Positions 11,861 to 35,570 of a stretch of DNA of 64,000 nt are shown piece by piece; the stretch's first letter is position 1; each line of letters begins with the position of its first letter. This stretch comes from the human T2T-CHM13v2.0 reference genome, Homo sapiens: the NCBI RefSeq assembly GCF_009914755.1, contig NC_060943.1. The stretch is one strand, 5' to 3'. The notes beneath the pieces are model-generated. The model was not told where the DNA came from. It did no database searches and worked only from the letters and a program-made list of their open reading frames with translations. Both the position numbers and the translations under genes were made by a program.

Positions 11861-13820
11861 TGAATAAAGTTACCTACTGACTACCAAAGAGTATTTCCAA
11901 TATATGATAAAGAGTAGAAAGCATGCAGACCTCAATCTGAACTCAACACAATTAACTTCAAATGGAAACCATTTTGAAAATATATATATTATTTAATATG
12001 TATATGATATATTAACTATATATGGAATTCTACAAAGGGAAAAAATTGAAAATATATCACATTTAGAAAAGAATGACATGAGCCAATACAGGATTCCACA
12101 AAAGCTTACTTCAGCAATAATTACATATAGAAAAAGAGACTGAATTAGATAAGCTTCATCTCAACCTTCAGCATGAACTGTGAGATGAAAGGTAAATACA
12201 AGGCACCAGGCAGTGACACAGCCAGTCACTCCTTGCCTCTCTTCACTGCCCCCACCCTACCCCATCCTCGGAAACAGGAAGAGGGAGACCCACAACTGAA
12301 TGAGGCAAGTCACTGCCCAATGGCTAAACAGCATGGGCAAATGAAAGCTAGCCTCTTATGCCATAATTATAAAATGCACAAGCCTTTTACACAGAGCTTT
12401 GTAATTCTCATCCTTATATGTAGAATTTAAACAATTAGATTACAATTTAAATGTAACACATTATAAATAGAGAAATCAAATTGTCATATCCAATCTCAAC
12501 TCACCTCTCACCTGGCCCCAGGGCGCCCCTCTTTCTTTATAACTATGTGTTCCTCTCCCCCATTTTGTGCCTCTCACTTTCACCTTGTCTCTCCAGCCTT
12601 TTTCCCCTTTTATCTTCCCCCTAGGATTCTGACGATGTTGTGCCTCTTTTTTCTTCTGCTGTTTCTCCCTTCTTTGTTTTTTCCCCTTATATCTGTTCTA
12701 CTCCATTCTTCCAATTTGTTTCACCTCTTGTGGCGTTTTCTTTCCAATCTTTTCATCGTCCCAATCTCCATCTATTTCTGCCTCTTTCTTACCCCATCTC
12801 CGCGCCTCCTCTGCTCTCCCTGTTAAATCCCCTCTTCCCTGTTACACCCGCTTATCCCCACTCTCTGGCACTCCCAGATCCCAGGCCTCCCTGTGTTGTG
12901 GTGCTCCCTCTGCTCGCCTTGTCACCAGCTGTCCCCTCCAGCTGTCCCAGCACCACGCAGCTCTGTCTGCCCTCGGCCAAATCCTTTCTCCTCTCCCCCA
13001 CTCTCTGTCTGAGGAGGCTCCTTCTTTGCTGTCCCTCTCCTTATCTTGTTGTCCTGCATCTCGGGACATCGAGCTTTTCTCTACATTTCGCCAATTGCTT
13101 TTCTGCCCCTGCTACTTTCTTGACTGCTTCTTTCACTCTGTCGCTGCAAATCTCTCACCCATCCTCCACTTTGCCATCTGTTTATGGGTCTCCCTCATTT
13201 TTCTTTTCTCTTTCTTGGTTTTTCCATCTCCTCTCAGTGGCTCTTTGTCTCTCTTTCTCCTGATTCCCTTGGGCCACACATTCACTGGAGGGTTTGTAGT
13301 AAGATGTCTGCATGTTGGAGGAGTACATTTTCCAGGGGGTGGAGCTGGGCAGGCAAAAACACCGGGTGTCACAGGACGGGCCCCGGGCACCTCCCCAACG
13401 AGGGCTCAAGGGAAGCGGTGACTGCGAAGGGGAGGCCTGGGGAGCAGCAGGGCCCGGCACGAGGAGGAGGGAGGTGGGGGGCGACGGCGCCTTAGGACAG
13501 GGGTGGGATGTGCAGGATCCCAGGACCAGGCGGAGGCGCGGCCTCCCCGGGACTGGGTCGGCGGCGCTGCGCTCCAGGGGCCGACGAGAGCGAGGCTGGG
13601 AGGCGCCCAGGGCAGGCGGTGAGGACTTTAAGCGATGCGGGGCGGGAGGAGGAGTCAGTAAAGGATTTTAAGCAGGAAAATCCTGCTTAAACGTTTAAAA
13701 AACCGGGAAAGGCCGTGTTTACTTGGCCCAAGGCAGAAAGACCGGGGGCAGGGACCAGCCTCAGGGCGACTTTAACCCAAAAGGAAGCGTCTCCGGGCCC
13801 ACACAGCAAGGCCTATTTAC

Positions 13821-13990
13821 CTGAGGTGGAGGGTGCGGTGCGGAGATTTTAAGTCCGTAGCGACCCCCGGGCATCGGGTGTGCGAATGGGGGACGGCGAG
13901 GCGCAGGTTGAGTCTACACAGAGGAACACTCATACGCCATGGTGTGATGCTTGCTCCGCACGATCCACTTCCGGGTCTGTGGGCAACTGC
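13821..13990 (-). other. ZNF160: Non-coding exon 1 of ZNF160 (TSS approximate)
   Basis: Donor CTCAG|gtaaat at 13820. The proximal paralogous donor is mutated (gtgagt>atgagt at 13933). Confidence 0.62.
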
Positions 13991-14079
13991 GCGAAGGAAA
14001 GCGACCGAGCGGCCCGGGGCGGGGTCCGAGATGGGCGGAACCGGAAAAGGGCGGGGCGTTGAGAGAGCCGGGCTGAAGC

Positions 14080-14300
14080 AGGGGCCGCCAGGCAGGGACC
14101 CCAGGGAAGGAACGGGGAGGAGCCACCGGGGAGGGGTGGGGAGTGACCAAGTGGAGGGACCCGGGGGCGGGCCGGGGAGGAGCCGCCGGGGAAGGGCGGG
14201 GAGGAACCGCGGGAAGGGACCGCGGGGGAGGAAGGCGAAGGGACCGCGGGGGAGGGAGGCAGAGGGACCGCCAGGAAGGGACCCGGGGGAGAGGCGGGGC
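14080..14300 (+). repeat. G-rich degenerate tandem repeat (GGGACCGCGGGGG-like) upstream of the ZNF160 promoter
   Basis: Repeated gggacc/gagccgccgggg units with many GGG runs. Confidence 0.75.
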
Positions 14301-14707
14301 TGGACGGGACACGTTAGGGTCTGCGATTTCGTGTGATGCCCACAGCCCAGCGCCCAGAGCCATCTGTAGTGTCTTGTGGAACGGCGTAGATGTTTCAAAC
14401 GGTTTCAAGTTAAAAGCACAGTTGTGTAGGTTATTTTGGAAACCAAACTGCTTTCCTCTTAGAATGGAGGCGGTTTATGTTGAAAGCATTTTTTGCTAGC
14501 GCGTTTACCCAGTAATGTTATTGACGCTGAAGCAGCCCAGGAGTCTGGGAACATGGGTTGACACGGAGCGGTGATGGCATGCTGGAAAAGTTTCTGCGAT
14601 TAAAATTAAGTAATTTAAAAGCCCTGAAATTAGCAGTAACTTTTAAAAAATAGATATAAATTGCATTGTCCTTTTTTATACTTACTATTCTATTCCGTGC
14701 GAGATGA

Positions 14708-18083
<3,376 letters not shown>

Positions 18084-18484
18084 GTGGTCTGCTCTGTTTC
18101 ATGGTCAGTTTGCAGGTCATCTCTTTCCTGTAACCCAAAGTGCAGGGTCGTCTATCAGGAGAACACCCTAAACACAATAAGGATGATGATCAACATCATC
18201 ATTTTGCATTATTCTCTGCCTGCCCCCATGCTTGGTAATTTGCCAAGGCAGAGTCCTTATTCTTCAAAGAATCTGAATAGAAATGATCCTCATCTAATGC
18301 AGTGAGCCCTTCCATCTTACTGATTCTTTCCCAGACATTGCCATGAAAGGCAGGTAAGGAGGCCTATCAACACATTTCAAGGTTTTGGTTGAAAGTCATA
18401 AATCCTAAAGTATAAAGTAGTAGCCTTGCAAGACACCTAAAATAAATAAATAAAATATTTTAAAATCTGAGACAACCAGTGACT

Positions 18485-18977
18485 TCAAACATCCTGCAAC
18501 CTTTAATATATATCATGTTGTGTGAGTTTTAACACATTTGGGCTTGCATTTGTTCTACAATGTGTAATATGAAAAGTTTATCAGCACAACTAGACTGAAT
18601 TATTCCTCACATAAATCCTTGGATGTGTTACAGTTTTGATCCTTGGTTAATAGCTTCAACATGCACAAAATATACAAAGATGTTTACACATTTTGATGTC
18701 TAGTGAGTTGTGAGACCTAAATGAAGCCTCTGCCACACAGTTAGGTGTATATGATTTCTCTTTAGCATGGACTCTGATGTCAATGAATGCTTGAACTTGT
18801 GATGAAGGGTTTGCTGTACTTGTAAGGATTCTCTCAAGAATGAAATTCTCTGATGCTGTGTAGGAGTGAATTGTGACTGAAAACCTTGCCACATTTATTA
18901 TACTTGTATGGTTTCTCTCTGATATAAATTCTTTGATGACTCACAGGATTTAAACTTTGACTGAAGACCTTGCCATA
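18485..18977 (-). other. ZNF415: ZNF415 3'UTR containing decayed zinc-finger repeats; candidate polyA signal ATTAAA at 18502-18507
   Basis: Finger-like DNA (gagaaaccatacaag...tgtggcaaggttttcagtc) continues past the stop. Minus-strand ATTAAA is followed by a U-rich tract. Confidence 0.6.
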
Positions 18978-20543
<1,566 letters not shown>

Positions 20544-21635
20544 TTAGAGACAGTATATAAATATTTCATACTGAATAACAGAATTACACAAAAAGCAACA
20601 TTTATATACAACAGAGTTATAAAACTTCCCAATCATGATCTTTAATTTTTACGAACACAAAGGAATCACATTCTTTAGTAAAAAAAAGGGTGATTACATG
20701 GCATTCAAATAAATTCTAGGGAAGGACAGATTCAAACATCCTATGACCAAAACACATTGTACAAACCTACGTTAGCCCTGAAAGGAGTATTTTTTCACCT
20801 TGACAGCAAAGTACACACCAATTGGCAGAAAATACATGGCTGTCTCATTATTGAAATAAATATTACATTTTACCTAGCCACAGCATATTTACTGTGCCCA
20901 TATAAATGAAAAAAGTACTACACAATATATCATAATGGTAACTAAGCCACAACAAACTTACGGAATGAGTAAGATACATAAATGATAATTCTGAATTGCA
21001 AAACAGTAATAGCACTGAGAAAACGAGACAAAAACTAATAAAACACTGTTAAAAATAGCTAATTTTTCTGAATACCTGTTATGAAAATATCTGTACCCAC
21101 CTAGACCAGGCATTTTTGACATTAATGAGTGATGCATGTCAGTTATATTGCATGAAACTTACTAAAAACCCATCATCTGTAAACCATAACAATTAATTAA
21201 TAAAACACTGTAGTAACCCATGATAAAAATGCAAACCAAAAACTAGTAACTACACTTGTACAAAGTTATAGCCTGTAAATGATTCTCTCCTAAGAAAAAA
21301 GCAAGAACTATTTCAGAACCAGCACACAACCTGTGAACTGGAATATATGTTAAGATCTCTGACATTTGATGCATGAGGTCAGGTAAACACATAGCATTAT
21401 AAAGAAGAATTGAAGAACAAAGTCAGAAATCACAATTATGACTTCACACCTGCACTTATGTAACAAACAGCCAGTCAATAACGCAATTCCCTACATATGC
21501 ATTGCCCTTTCATGACCTAGTTCATCAGCCACACAATATACATAAGAGTTTGTACTTGGAAAATTTATTAACTGAAATCAGAGAACACAATGTTTAAAAC
21601 GAATTGAAAATAAAATCAAACAAAATATAATGCAG

Positions 21636-22325
<690 letters not shown>

Positions 22326-23025
22326 TGATCAATCTTATTAAACAAACTTTGGGACTTTACTGTAAGACATGCAATATTCCAAGTAATCACACACCACCAC
22401 CTTGTTTTAAAAACTTTCAAGTAAATTGTTATTATTTTTCAAATAAACACATTAGGCCCATGGTATTCATGTATCTAACCTAAATTTTCACAGAAAATAA
22501 GAGAGAAAAACAAGACTAAATCCTGGGCCAGCAGGCTCAGACTTTTTTTTATTTTTATTTTTGGAGACACAGTCTCGCTCTTTTGCCCAGGCTGGGGTGC
22601 AGTGGTGTGATCTCGGCTCACTGCAACCTCCGCCTCCCAGGTTCAAGCAATTCTCTTGGCTCAGCCTCCTGAGTAGCTGAGATTACAGGCAGCTGCCACC
22701 ATGCCCGGCTACTTTTTTTGTATTTTTAGTAGAGAAGGGGTTTAACCATGTTGGCCAGGCTGGTTTCGAACTCCTGACCTCAAGTGATCCGCCCACCTCA
22801 GCCTCCAAAAGTACTCGGATTACAGGCGTGAGCAACCACGCCGGGCCATCAGACGTGTTTTTAAGCACATGTCCACCCACAGGCAGTGTGGAAAACCTGG
22901 GTGGACATGTGCAGTGTGGAAAACTATCAGTCACAGCAAGAATGCACCCAGGCGAGGAGCATATGAAGAAAAGGAGCTACAAGAGCTGGGCTGTGTTGAT
23001 AATAGTGTTATTCAGTCAGCTCTCA

Positions 23026-23062
23026 TGGAAGGCAGCTATGCTCACCACTACACCACCAATGC
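23026..23062 (-). pseudogene. Tailless retrocopy of the 5' half of tRNA-Gly(TCC)
   Basis: GCATTGGTGGTGTAGTGGTGAGCATAGCTGCCTTCCA has 2 mismatches to the tRNA-Gly-TCC 5' half as I recall it. It is flanked by an exact 18-bp direct repeat at 23012-23029 and 23069-23086. Confidence 0.88.
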
Positions 23063-23284
23063 ATCTAGTCAGTCAGCTCTCATGGATAATGGTATCTGAG
23101 TCATCACTTCCTACACATACTGATTTAGGCAGATCCTGACTTATAAAGCGGTTGAGTAGTGTCTTGTCTTGCATAGTGAGAGTAGTGTGGAGGGTGAGGA
23201 AGTCCTGTGGCAATTGGGGTTTTCAGGAATACAAAACCAATATGCTAAAAAGCAACAGTATATTCCATGCAGATCAAGGTATCA

Positions 23285-23882
<598 letters not shown>

Positions 23883-25461
23883 TCAGCTTCACAAGCTCCC
23901 TCCACAAGAGGGAGGTTTGAACCTACAACAAATTGAACCCAGGCTGAACAAAGGTTTGTTGATGAGAATGAACAATGGTGCACACAGGATGGAAAATGAA
24001 CAAATGTGGTGTGAACAATAGTTTAGTCAAGAGCCTCATACATATGATGCTGTGAACTTGAACAATGTCATCGCTAGGAGAAACTCCCACACCAACTGCT
24101 GGCTTAGGGGAGATGATCATTAGTTTATGTGTCCAGCGCTGTCACAGTGCCCTCCAGGTACACTTTTGTGAGGCTCCTCAAAACTAGAAAGACATCTGGA
24201 CACACTTGTCAGTCAGGCTCGCCTGATATTTTGTATCTTATATCCTGAGCCATGCTGACAATTCTGCTGAACGCTTTAAGGGGCATCTCTACATGTAGCA
24301 GGATGCTATTCAATTATATTAAAGAGTTTTCCCTCATAAATTTTCTGTTATCATATAAACACCCTCCACAAGAGACTCCAGGAGAAGGTATGCATAACCT
24401 ATACGTTGGTTATCATAGCAGGAATAGAGAAATGACAGACTCCAGGAGTGTGTATATCAAAAGCTGGGTTTGTTTTTTTTTGAAACGGAGTCTCACTCTG
24501 TTACTCAGGCTGTAGTGCAGCGGTGCCATCTCAGCTCACTGCAACCTCCGCCTCCTGGGGTCATGTGATTCTCCTGCCTCGGCCTCCTGAGTAGCTGGGA
24601 TTACAGGTGCATGCCACCACACCTGGCTAACTTTTGTATTTTTAGTAGAGACGGGGTTTCACCATGTTGGTCTTGAACCCCTGACCTCAGGTGATCCGCC
24701 CACCTCGGCCTCCCAGAGTGCTGGAATTACAGGCGTGAGCCACCGCACCCGGTCAAAAGTTGGTTTTCAGAGGAAAAATCATGCAAACTTAAGAGAAAAC
24801 AAAATCAGGAAGAGCCAAGGTTTTTCCACATTCATACAGCAGTGAGACCAATGGAAAAGAGAGAAAAATACAACATATGAGGCTAGATTTTGAAAGATCT
24901 TGAGATGGGATTGTCTGCTCTGCCTACAGAGGGATCCTAAGCTAAGAGCCTGAAAGACTAAGACGTACTCCCTGTGTAGGACGGGGGATCCCAGTGAAGA
25001 CCTGTCAACTGTTCTTACAGTTCTGCAGAGTAACAATCCCAGAAGAACCAACTCCCTCCCCTGGTCCACACACCCACGAACTGTGGCAAAAGCAGAACAG
25101 AAGAAATGGCTGAGGGACCACAACAGGTAGAAAGGGCTTGAGACAGCTCCTTGCAGCTCCCCGGGGCCTCAGATGCAAAGAAGGAGCAGCCAGTGTTTCC
25201 CATCTTGTGGGCAGGTCTTCCAAGCACCAGAAATGGGGTGGAGCATGGATAGCTCCAGGCATCAGGACTGTGGAGGCCTCCCCTCTGATCTATATGGAGA
25301 GCGAACTGAGCATCAGGTGGCATCAAGAACAGGAGAGACCGGCCGGGCGCGGCAGCTCAAGCCTGTAATCCCAGCACTCTGGGAGGCCGAGACGGGCAGA
25401 TCACCTGAGGTCAGGAGTTTGAGACCAGCCTGACCAACATGGTGAAACTCCGTCTCTACTA

Positions 25462-25706
<245 letters not shown>

Positions 25707-25991
25707 TCAGAGTGAAGGAGCCAGAGAGTTCACGGAAGTCAGAGGGCAATGCTGTCCATCATGATGAGCACTTCCATTTGTCTCTGTTTGAGCTGCAGCC
25801 CCCACTGGACAGCAAAAGGATCAACTATGACACGTCTCAAGAGCAGAGGGAGAAGTAGGGGAAGTTTAAAATTTCCTCTAAGAGCTCACAGGATATAAAC
25901 ATTTGTTTTCCTACAGAACTCTCCCACTTGCTAAGAGTTTCCAAACATAGTGTAATGGTGTGGCTTCCTCTCCCCTCATCTGAGGTCTTAC

Positions 25992-26119
25992 CTGTTTTCA
26001 CACCTTTGATCCATTCCCACCCTTTTGGTTTTCTTGCTACTCGTACTTGGCTTTCTATGGTCCAGGGCTCTTTCCTGTGCTCCCACATAGGATAATACTC
26101 TGGTCAGGAAGAGAATTTC
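25992..26119 (-). pseudogene. ZNF415: Degenerate KRAB-B exon of ZNF415 (acceptor CAG>CGG, 1-nt deletion; usable through a cryptic acceptor at 26099)
   Basis: Aligns to the ZNF347 KRAB-B exon (..EPWTIESQVRVARKPKGWEWIKGVKT vs [26 protein letters not shown]). Donor ACAG|gtaaga is intact. 128 nt vs 129 nt in ZNF347. Confidence 0.85.
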
Positions 26120-26511
26120 CCGCTTATAAAATGAATGGAACATGATGTGCTGTGGCTTTTCAAGAATCTCAGCCCTTTGCTTGGATAAGAAGAGAGGCTA
26201 TCACAGATGGATCTAGGAAAATATTTCACAAATTATTTCACTGAATGCCAACTCTGAATGCTTAGGGAAGACTGTAATATGCAAATATCTAGCTCCCTTC
26301 CAAGAACTACTGAATCAAAGCACAGGGGCAGAAAACAAGAAGTGAGTATTTCAGAAGTCTACCATAAGCTTTCATGGATACTTCAGCTCTGGAACCACCA
26401 CTGTTGTATCATGAAGGGGTCAGAACATCTGGAAAAAGGGGATGGTTAAACTCCAGAGTTCACATTATGGAGCTTTTCATTTCAGAGTCAACAAGGCCTC
26501 AAACTCAGTCA

Positions 26512-26757
<246 letters not shown>

Positions 26758-26882
26758 TTATGAAGGGAGTTACCATCTTCACACAAAATAAGAATAAAAG
26801 AGAATTTAAGTATAGATTTAATTGAAGTGTGTGTTCTGATAAATCCACACTAAGGTATTTTTGAGTACATATCTCTCCCTAA

Positions 26883-27041
<159 letters not shown>

Positions 27042-27064
27042 TAGGCATGTGTGTACAAAGTACA

Positions 27065-30600
<3,536 letters not shown>

Positions 30601-31116
30601 AAGGAGCAAGCTATCCTTGTTCCTTAATACGAAAACGTGTAAATATTCACAACTTGCAGGATAGAATACCCTAACAAAACATTTACTGACAATATTGTTC
30701 TAAAATCTCACAATGATTAAACACATTTCAACAGGGCTTGAGCTGTCTGTTCTCACAGAACTGACAATAGTGGCTCACCACTGAGACCTGTGTGAGGGTG
30801 TAAGGCTTGACAGGAAAAGGGATACTCTATATCTAAGCACTAAATATCTCTATTGAGAGTTTCACCATAAAACAAATATATACATCATGTGATGTTTAAA
30901 ATAAAAGCAGCATAATACTTAATAACAATACATATAATAAGAATATGGATATATCCTCTTTAATGAAAAAGGAGTTCTGCTCTGATGTCTGAGCAAAACT
31001 GTTACCATTTTTACCTAAAATATCTGATGCCTAAGAGACCCTGCAGGAATAGCACCATCTCCGTGGTATGCAAGTGCTGAGAATGGTTTAAAAACTTGGC
31101 TGGGCGCGGTGGCTCA

Positions 31117-31466
<350 letters not shown>

Positions 31467-31469
31467 TCA

Positions 31470-31709
<240 letters not shown>

Positions 31710-32243
31710 TTATTTTTGTCGTTGTTGTTGTTGACACAGAGTCTCGCCCTGTCACCCAGGCTGGAGTGCAGTGCAGTGGTGCGATCTCCACTTACTGTAA
31801 CCTTTGCCTCCCGGGTTCAAGTGATTCTCCTACCTCAGCCTCCTGAGTAGTTGGGATTACAGGCGTGCGCCACCACGCCTGGCTAATTTTTGTATTTTTA
31901 GTAAAGACGGGGTTTCACCATGTTTGCTGGTCTCAAACTCCTGACCTACAATGATCCGCTCACCTCGGCCTCCAAAGTGCTGGGATTATAGGCCTGAGCC
32001 ACCGTGCTCGGCCTTACAGTTACACTTTTATGTTGACTTTATGTTTCAAAGTCAATAAAGGAATAAAACGCCCTCTAGTACTGATGTCTGTATCTCAACT
32101 TTACATTCCATTCCAAGTCATTAACAGTGTGGAGTCAGAGACATACTGATATACTAGTTTTATCTGGATTACAAAATCAGGCACAAAATATATCCCCTTA
32201 TTGGCTGCCTTTTCCAGGATTTACCAGGTATTTGTCTATATTA

Positions 32244-32450
<207 letters not shown>

Positions 32451-32953
32451 TCACTTGAACCCGGGAGGCAGAGGATTCAGTGAGCCGAGATTGCGCCATT
32501 GCACTCCAGCCTGGGCAACAAGAATGAAACTCCATCTCAAAAACAAACAAACAAACAAAAAACAAAAACAACAAAAAACATGACTTCCATGGGCAGCTTC
32601 TCTATTCCTGGGCTACGGAGAGCCGACAGTGCATCCAAATGTGGCCCCTGAACAATCCCTGCTGCCCAACAGCACTGACACCACGGGACCCTCACCCCGT
32701 CTCCATCCATGTCTGGGTGTGAGCCCTTCCCAGGACCATGCCCAGTGGACTCTTCAGAAGTTCATGTCACAGGGTCAGGGTGAGACGGAATCTCAGTAGA
32801 GATGAGAAGGACTGAGGGAAGGCACGGGTCAATGTGAGCAAACGCGTCAGGCAGGATGCTTCAGACTCAGAGAAGATTTGCAGCTCCAAGGCATTGTCTC
32901 CCACCTTTCTGAAAAGAGGGAGACAGAATGATCCACACAGAATCTTTCTTTAC

Positions 32954-32968
32954 CTGAGTAAAAGCCAT
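32954..32968 (-). CDS. ZNF415: ZNF415 first coding segment MAFTQ (in exon 32954-33035)
   Basis: ATG GCT TTT ACT CAG|gtaaag. Exon acceptor ttattcag|CATTG at 33035. This is the usual ATG exon of this ZNF subfamily. Confidence 0.88.
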
Positions 32969-33714
32969 TCCTGACTCCTTTGCTCTCCTCTTCTGGGTTT
33001 CTTCCTCATGTGCCAGGAGTCTTTGGAAGTCAATGCTGAATAACAACAACAAGTGCTGTTTATTGCTTAGAAACAACACACCCCCTCTTGTGTGACAAGC
33101 ACACACATACACAGGGAGGAGCTCGCCCTGTGCAAAGACGGTCCTCTGCCACCCACTACACCAGGGTGGCCCCAGGGACAAGAAACTCCTACAGGAAAAC
33201 CAATACATGAGTCTTCTGACCCCTTTCTTCAGAACTCCCTCCCCTCCTGGAGAAGCTCACACACATGCTGCAGCAGTGGGGAGGAGACCCAGCCCTGATT
33301 AAACCCCATGCAGAGCACAGCCCCCTTTCCCTCTCTGGATCCCAGGCTGGGCTCAGCCCTCAGAAATAGAGGACACAGAGCCTTGGTGTTCAGGGCTGGA
33401 TATAGATTAGAATCATGTTGGGCACTGTATTATCGAGGGTGGGTCCCAACCTGTGTGAATGGGAATCTCTGGGACAGGGATGGGGGCACAAGAGGTATAT
33501 CTGCAAAGTACCCCAGCACTTTCATATGAAGCCAGGGGGTAGCTCTACTCAAATGTGGTCAGCCCAGCATAGCCCCCACCTTCTGACTCTATTCTCCCCT
33601 TGAGACCTTGGTGTCATCAGGATCCAGACAGTGGAAGCAGAAAGAATCAAGAGAAGCATGCAGAGGAGGTAATATGGACCAGAGGTGGGGGTGAGGGTGT
33701 AGCTGGAGTGTGAA

Positions 33715-33975
33715 ATGGGAGGTGGGTCACAGAAGTCCCCGCTGAGAAGGTGATATTGGAACCGAGACCTGGGGAAGGAGGGGTGTTTGCACCTGCAGCT
33801 GAGGGGCCAGCGAGTTCCAGCAGAGGCACAGCCCACGTGAAGGCCTTGAGGCAGGAGCAAGCTCGGCCCAGGAACAGGAAGGACGCATGCTTGGCTGGAG
33901 CAGAGGGAGCGAGGAGGACACAGGCAGGAGATGAGGTCAGAGAGGTCCTGGGAGGGCAGATCAGGCAGGGCAGAT
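33715..33975 (-). mobile_element. L2 fragment
   Basis: ttccagcagaggcacagcccacgtgaaggccttgaggcagga ... ggagatgaggtcagagagg. Confidence 0.7.
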
Positions 33976-34252
33976 GCTGTCAAACATTTTTCTCCCACAC
34001 CTCAAAAGAATTTTGGAAATGATGTATTTCCTCACCCATTTTAATTAAATATATAATATTTTCTTTATAAATTAACCCACTTACAATGTAAAATCTTATA
34101 TATTTGAAAGTCCCAGGAAATACATGGTCCCCCTCATCTGAGATGTGCAGGACTGCAGGGGAATGCATCTAGGGAGTCAGGAAGTCACTTTTGGACACCT
34201 GAAAGTGGAGATACCTGTTACATGTCCTAGCAGAAAGTTGAGGAGAAGGCTA

Positions 34253-34495
<243 letters not shown>

Positions 34496-34543
34496 CTACA
34501 GCCTGGGCAACAAGAGAAAAACTCCGTCTCAAAAAAAAAAAAA

Positions 34544-34890
34544 GAGGTTTATTTGGCTCATGGTTCTGCAGGCTGTACAAAACACAGTGCCAGCATCTGC
34601 CTCTGATGAGGGCCTCAGGAAGCTTCCGTTTAGGGTGGAGGGTGAAGGGGCGCCAGCAGGGCAGACAAAATGGTGAGAGAGGAGACGAGAGAGAGAGAGA
34701 GAGAGAGGTCAGGCTTTTTGACAACCAGCTCTCAGGGGAACTAAGAGTCAGAACTCACTCCCTAGAGAATGACATCAAGCCATTCCCAAGAGATCTGCTC
34801 CCATGACACTCACCAGACCCTACCTCCAACTTTGGAAATCACATTTCAACATGAGAGTTGGTGGGGCAAAACAAATCATATCCTAACAAT
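34544..34890 (-). mobile_element. MaLR MST-type LTR fragment
   Basis: gaggtttatttggctcatggttctgcaggctgtaca ... atcacatttcaacatgaga. Confidence 0.8.
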
Positions 34891-35318
34891 TGCACATTCT
34901 GAGGCTATGAGTGGGGCTGGCATGTGGTACACAATTGGAGGGTTAGTAGCAGCCAGGAGCAGGAACAGACCATTCCCAGTCACTACTGAGTAGGGATCCC
35001 AAGCCCTGAGACAGGTGGGTGGGTAAGTTGGAAAAGATCTCTTCCTTGCTTCCAGGGACTCAACGGTGAAAAAAACCAAGGCCTTTAAATGAGCAAAAAG
35101 AAGAAAGAAAATCTCCAGAGACAAGGTGCAGAATAGAAAAATAGGAGAATGGAAGAGGTGCGGGGCAGGAATTAAATGACACCAGGAATTCTGGCTGTAT
35201 GTTTTCTCCAGGCTGTGGTCAGCTACACAGGGACAGAAGCAGAGTAACGGAGCTGGATGTGGGGATGTCTGGGAGAAACAAATGATTTAGTGCACTTGAC
35301 TTGCAAATCATCTAGTAA

Positions 35319-35570
<252 letters not shown>

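Larger units (their letters stand above)
13370..14340 (-). promoter_or_regulatory. ZNF160: CpG-island promoter of the next minus-strand KRAB-ZNF gene (probably ZNF160)
   Basis: CpG-rich and paralogous to the ZNF415 promoter. ETS/GABPA CCGGAAGT (plus ACTTCCGG at about 13967-13974) and several GC boxes. Name is from recalled gene order ZNF160-ZNF415-ZNF347; no CDS of this gene is in the window. Confidence 0.72.
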
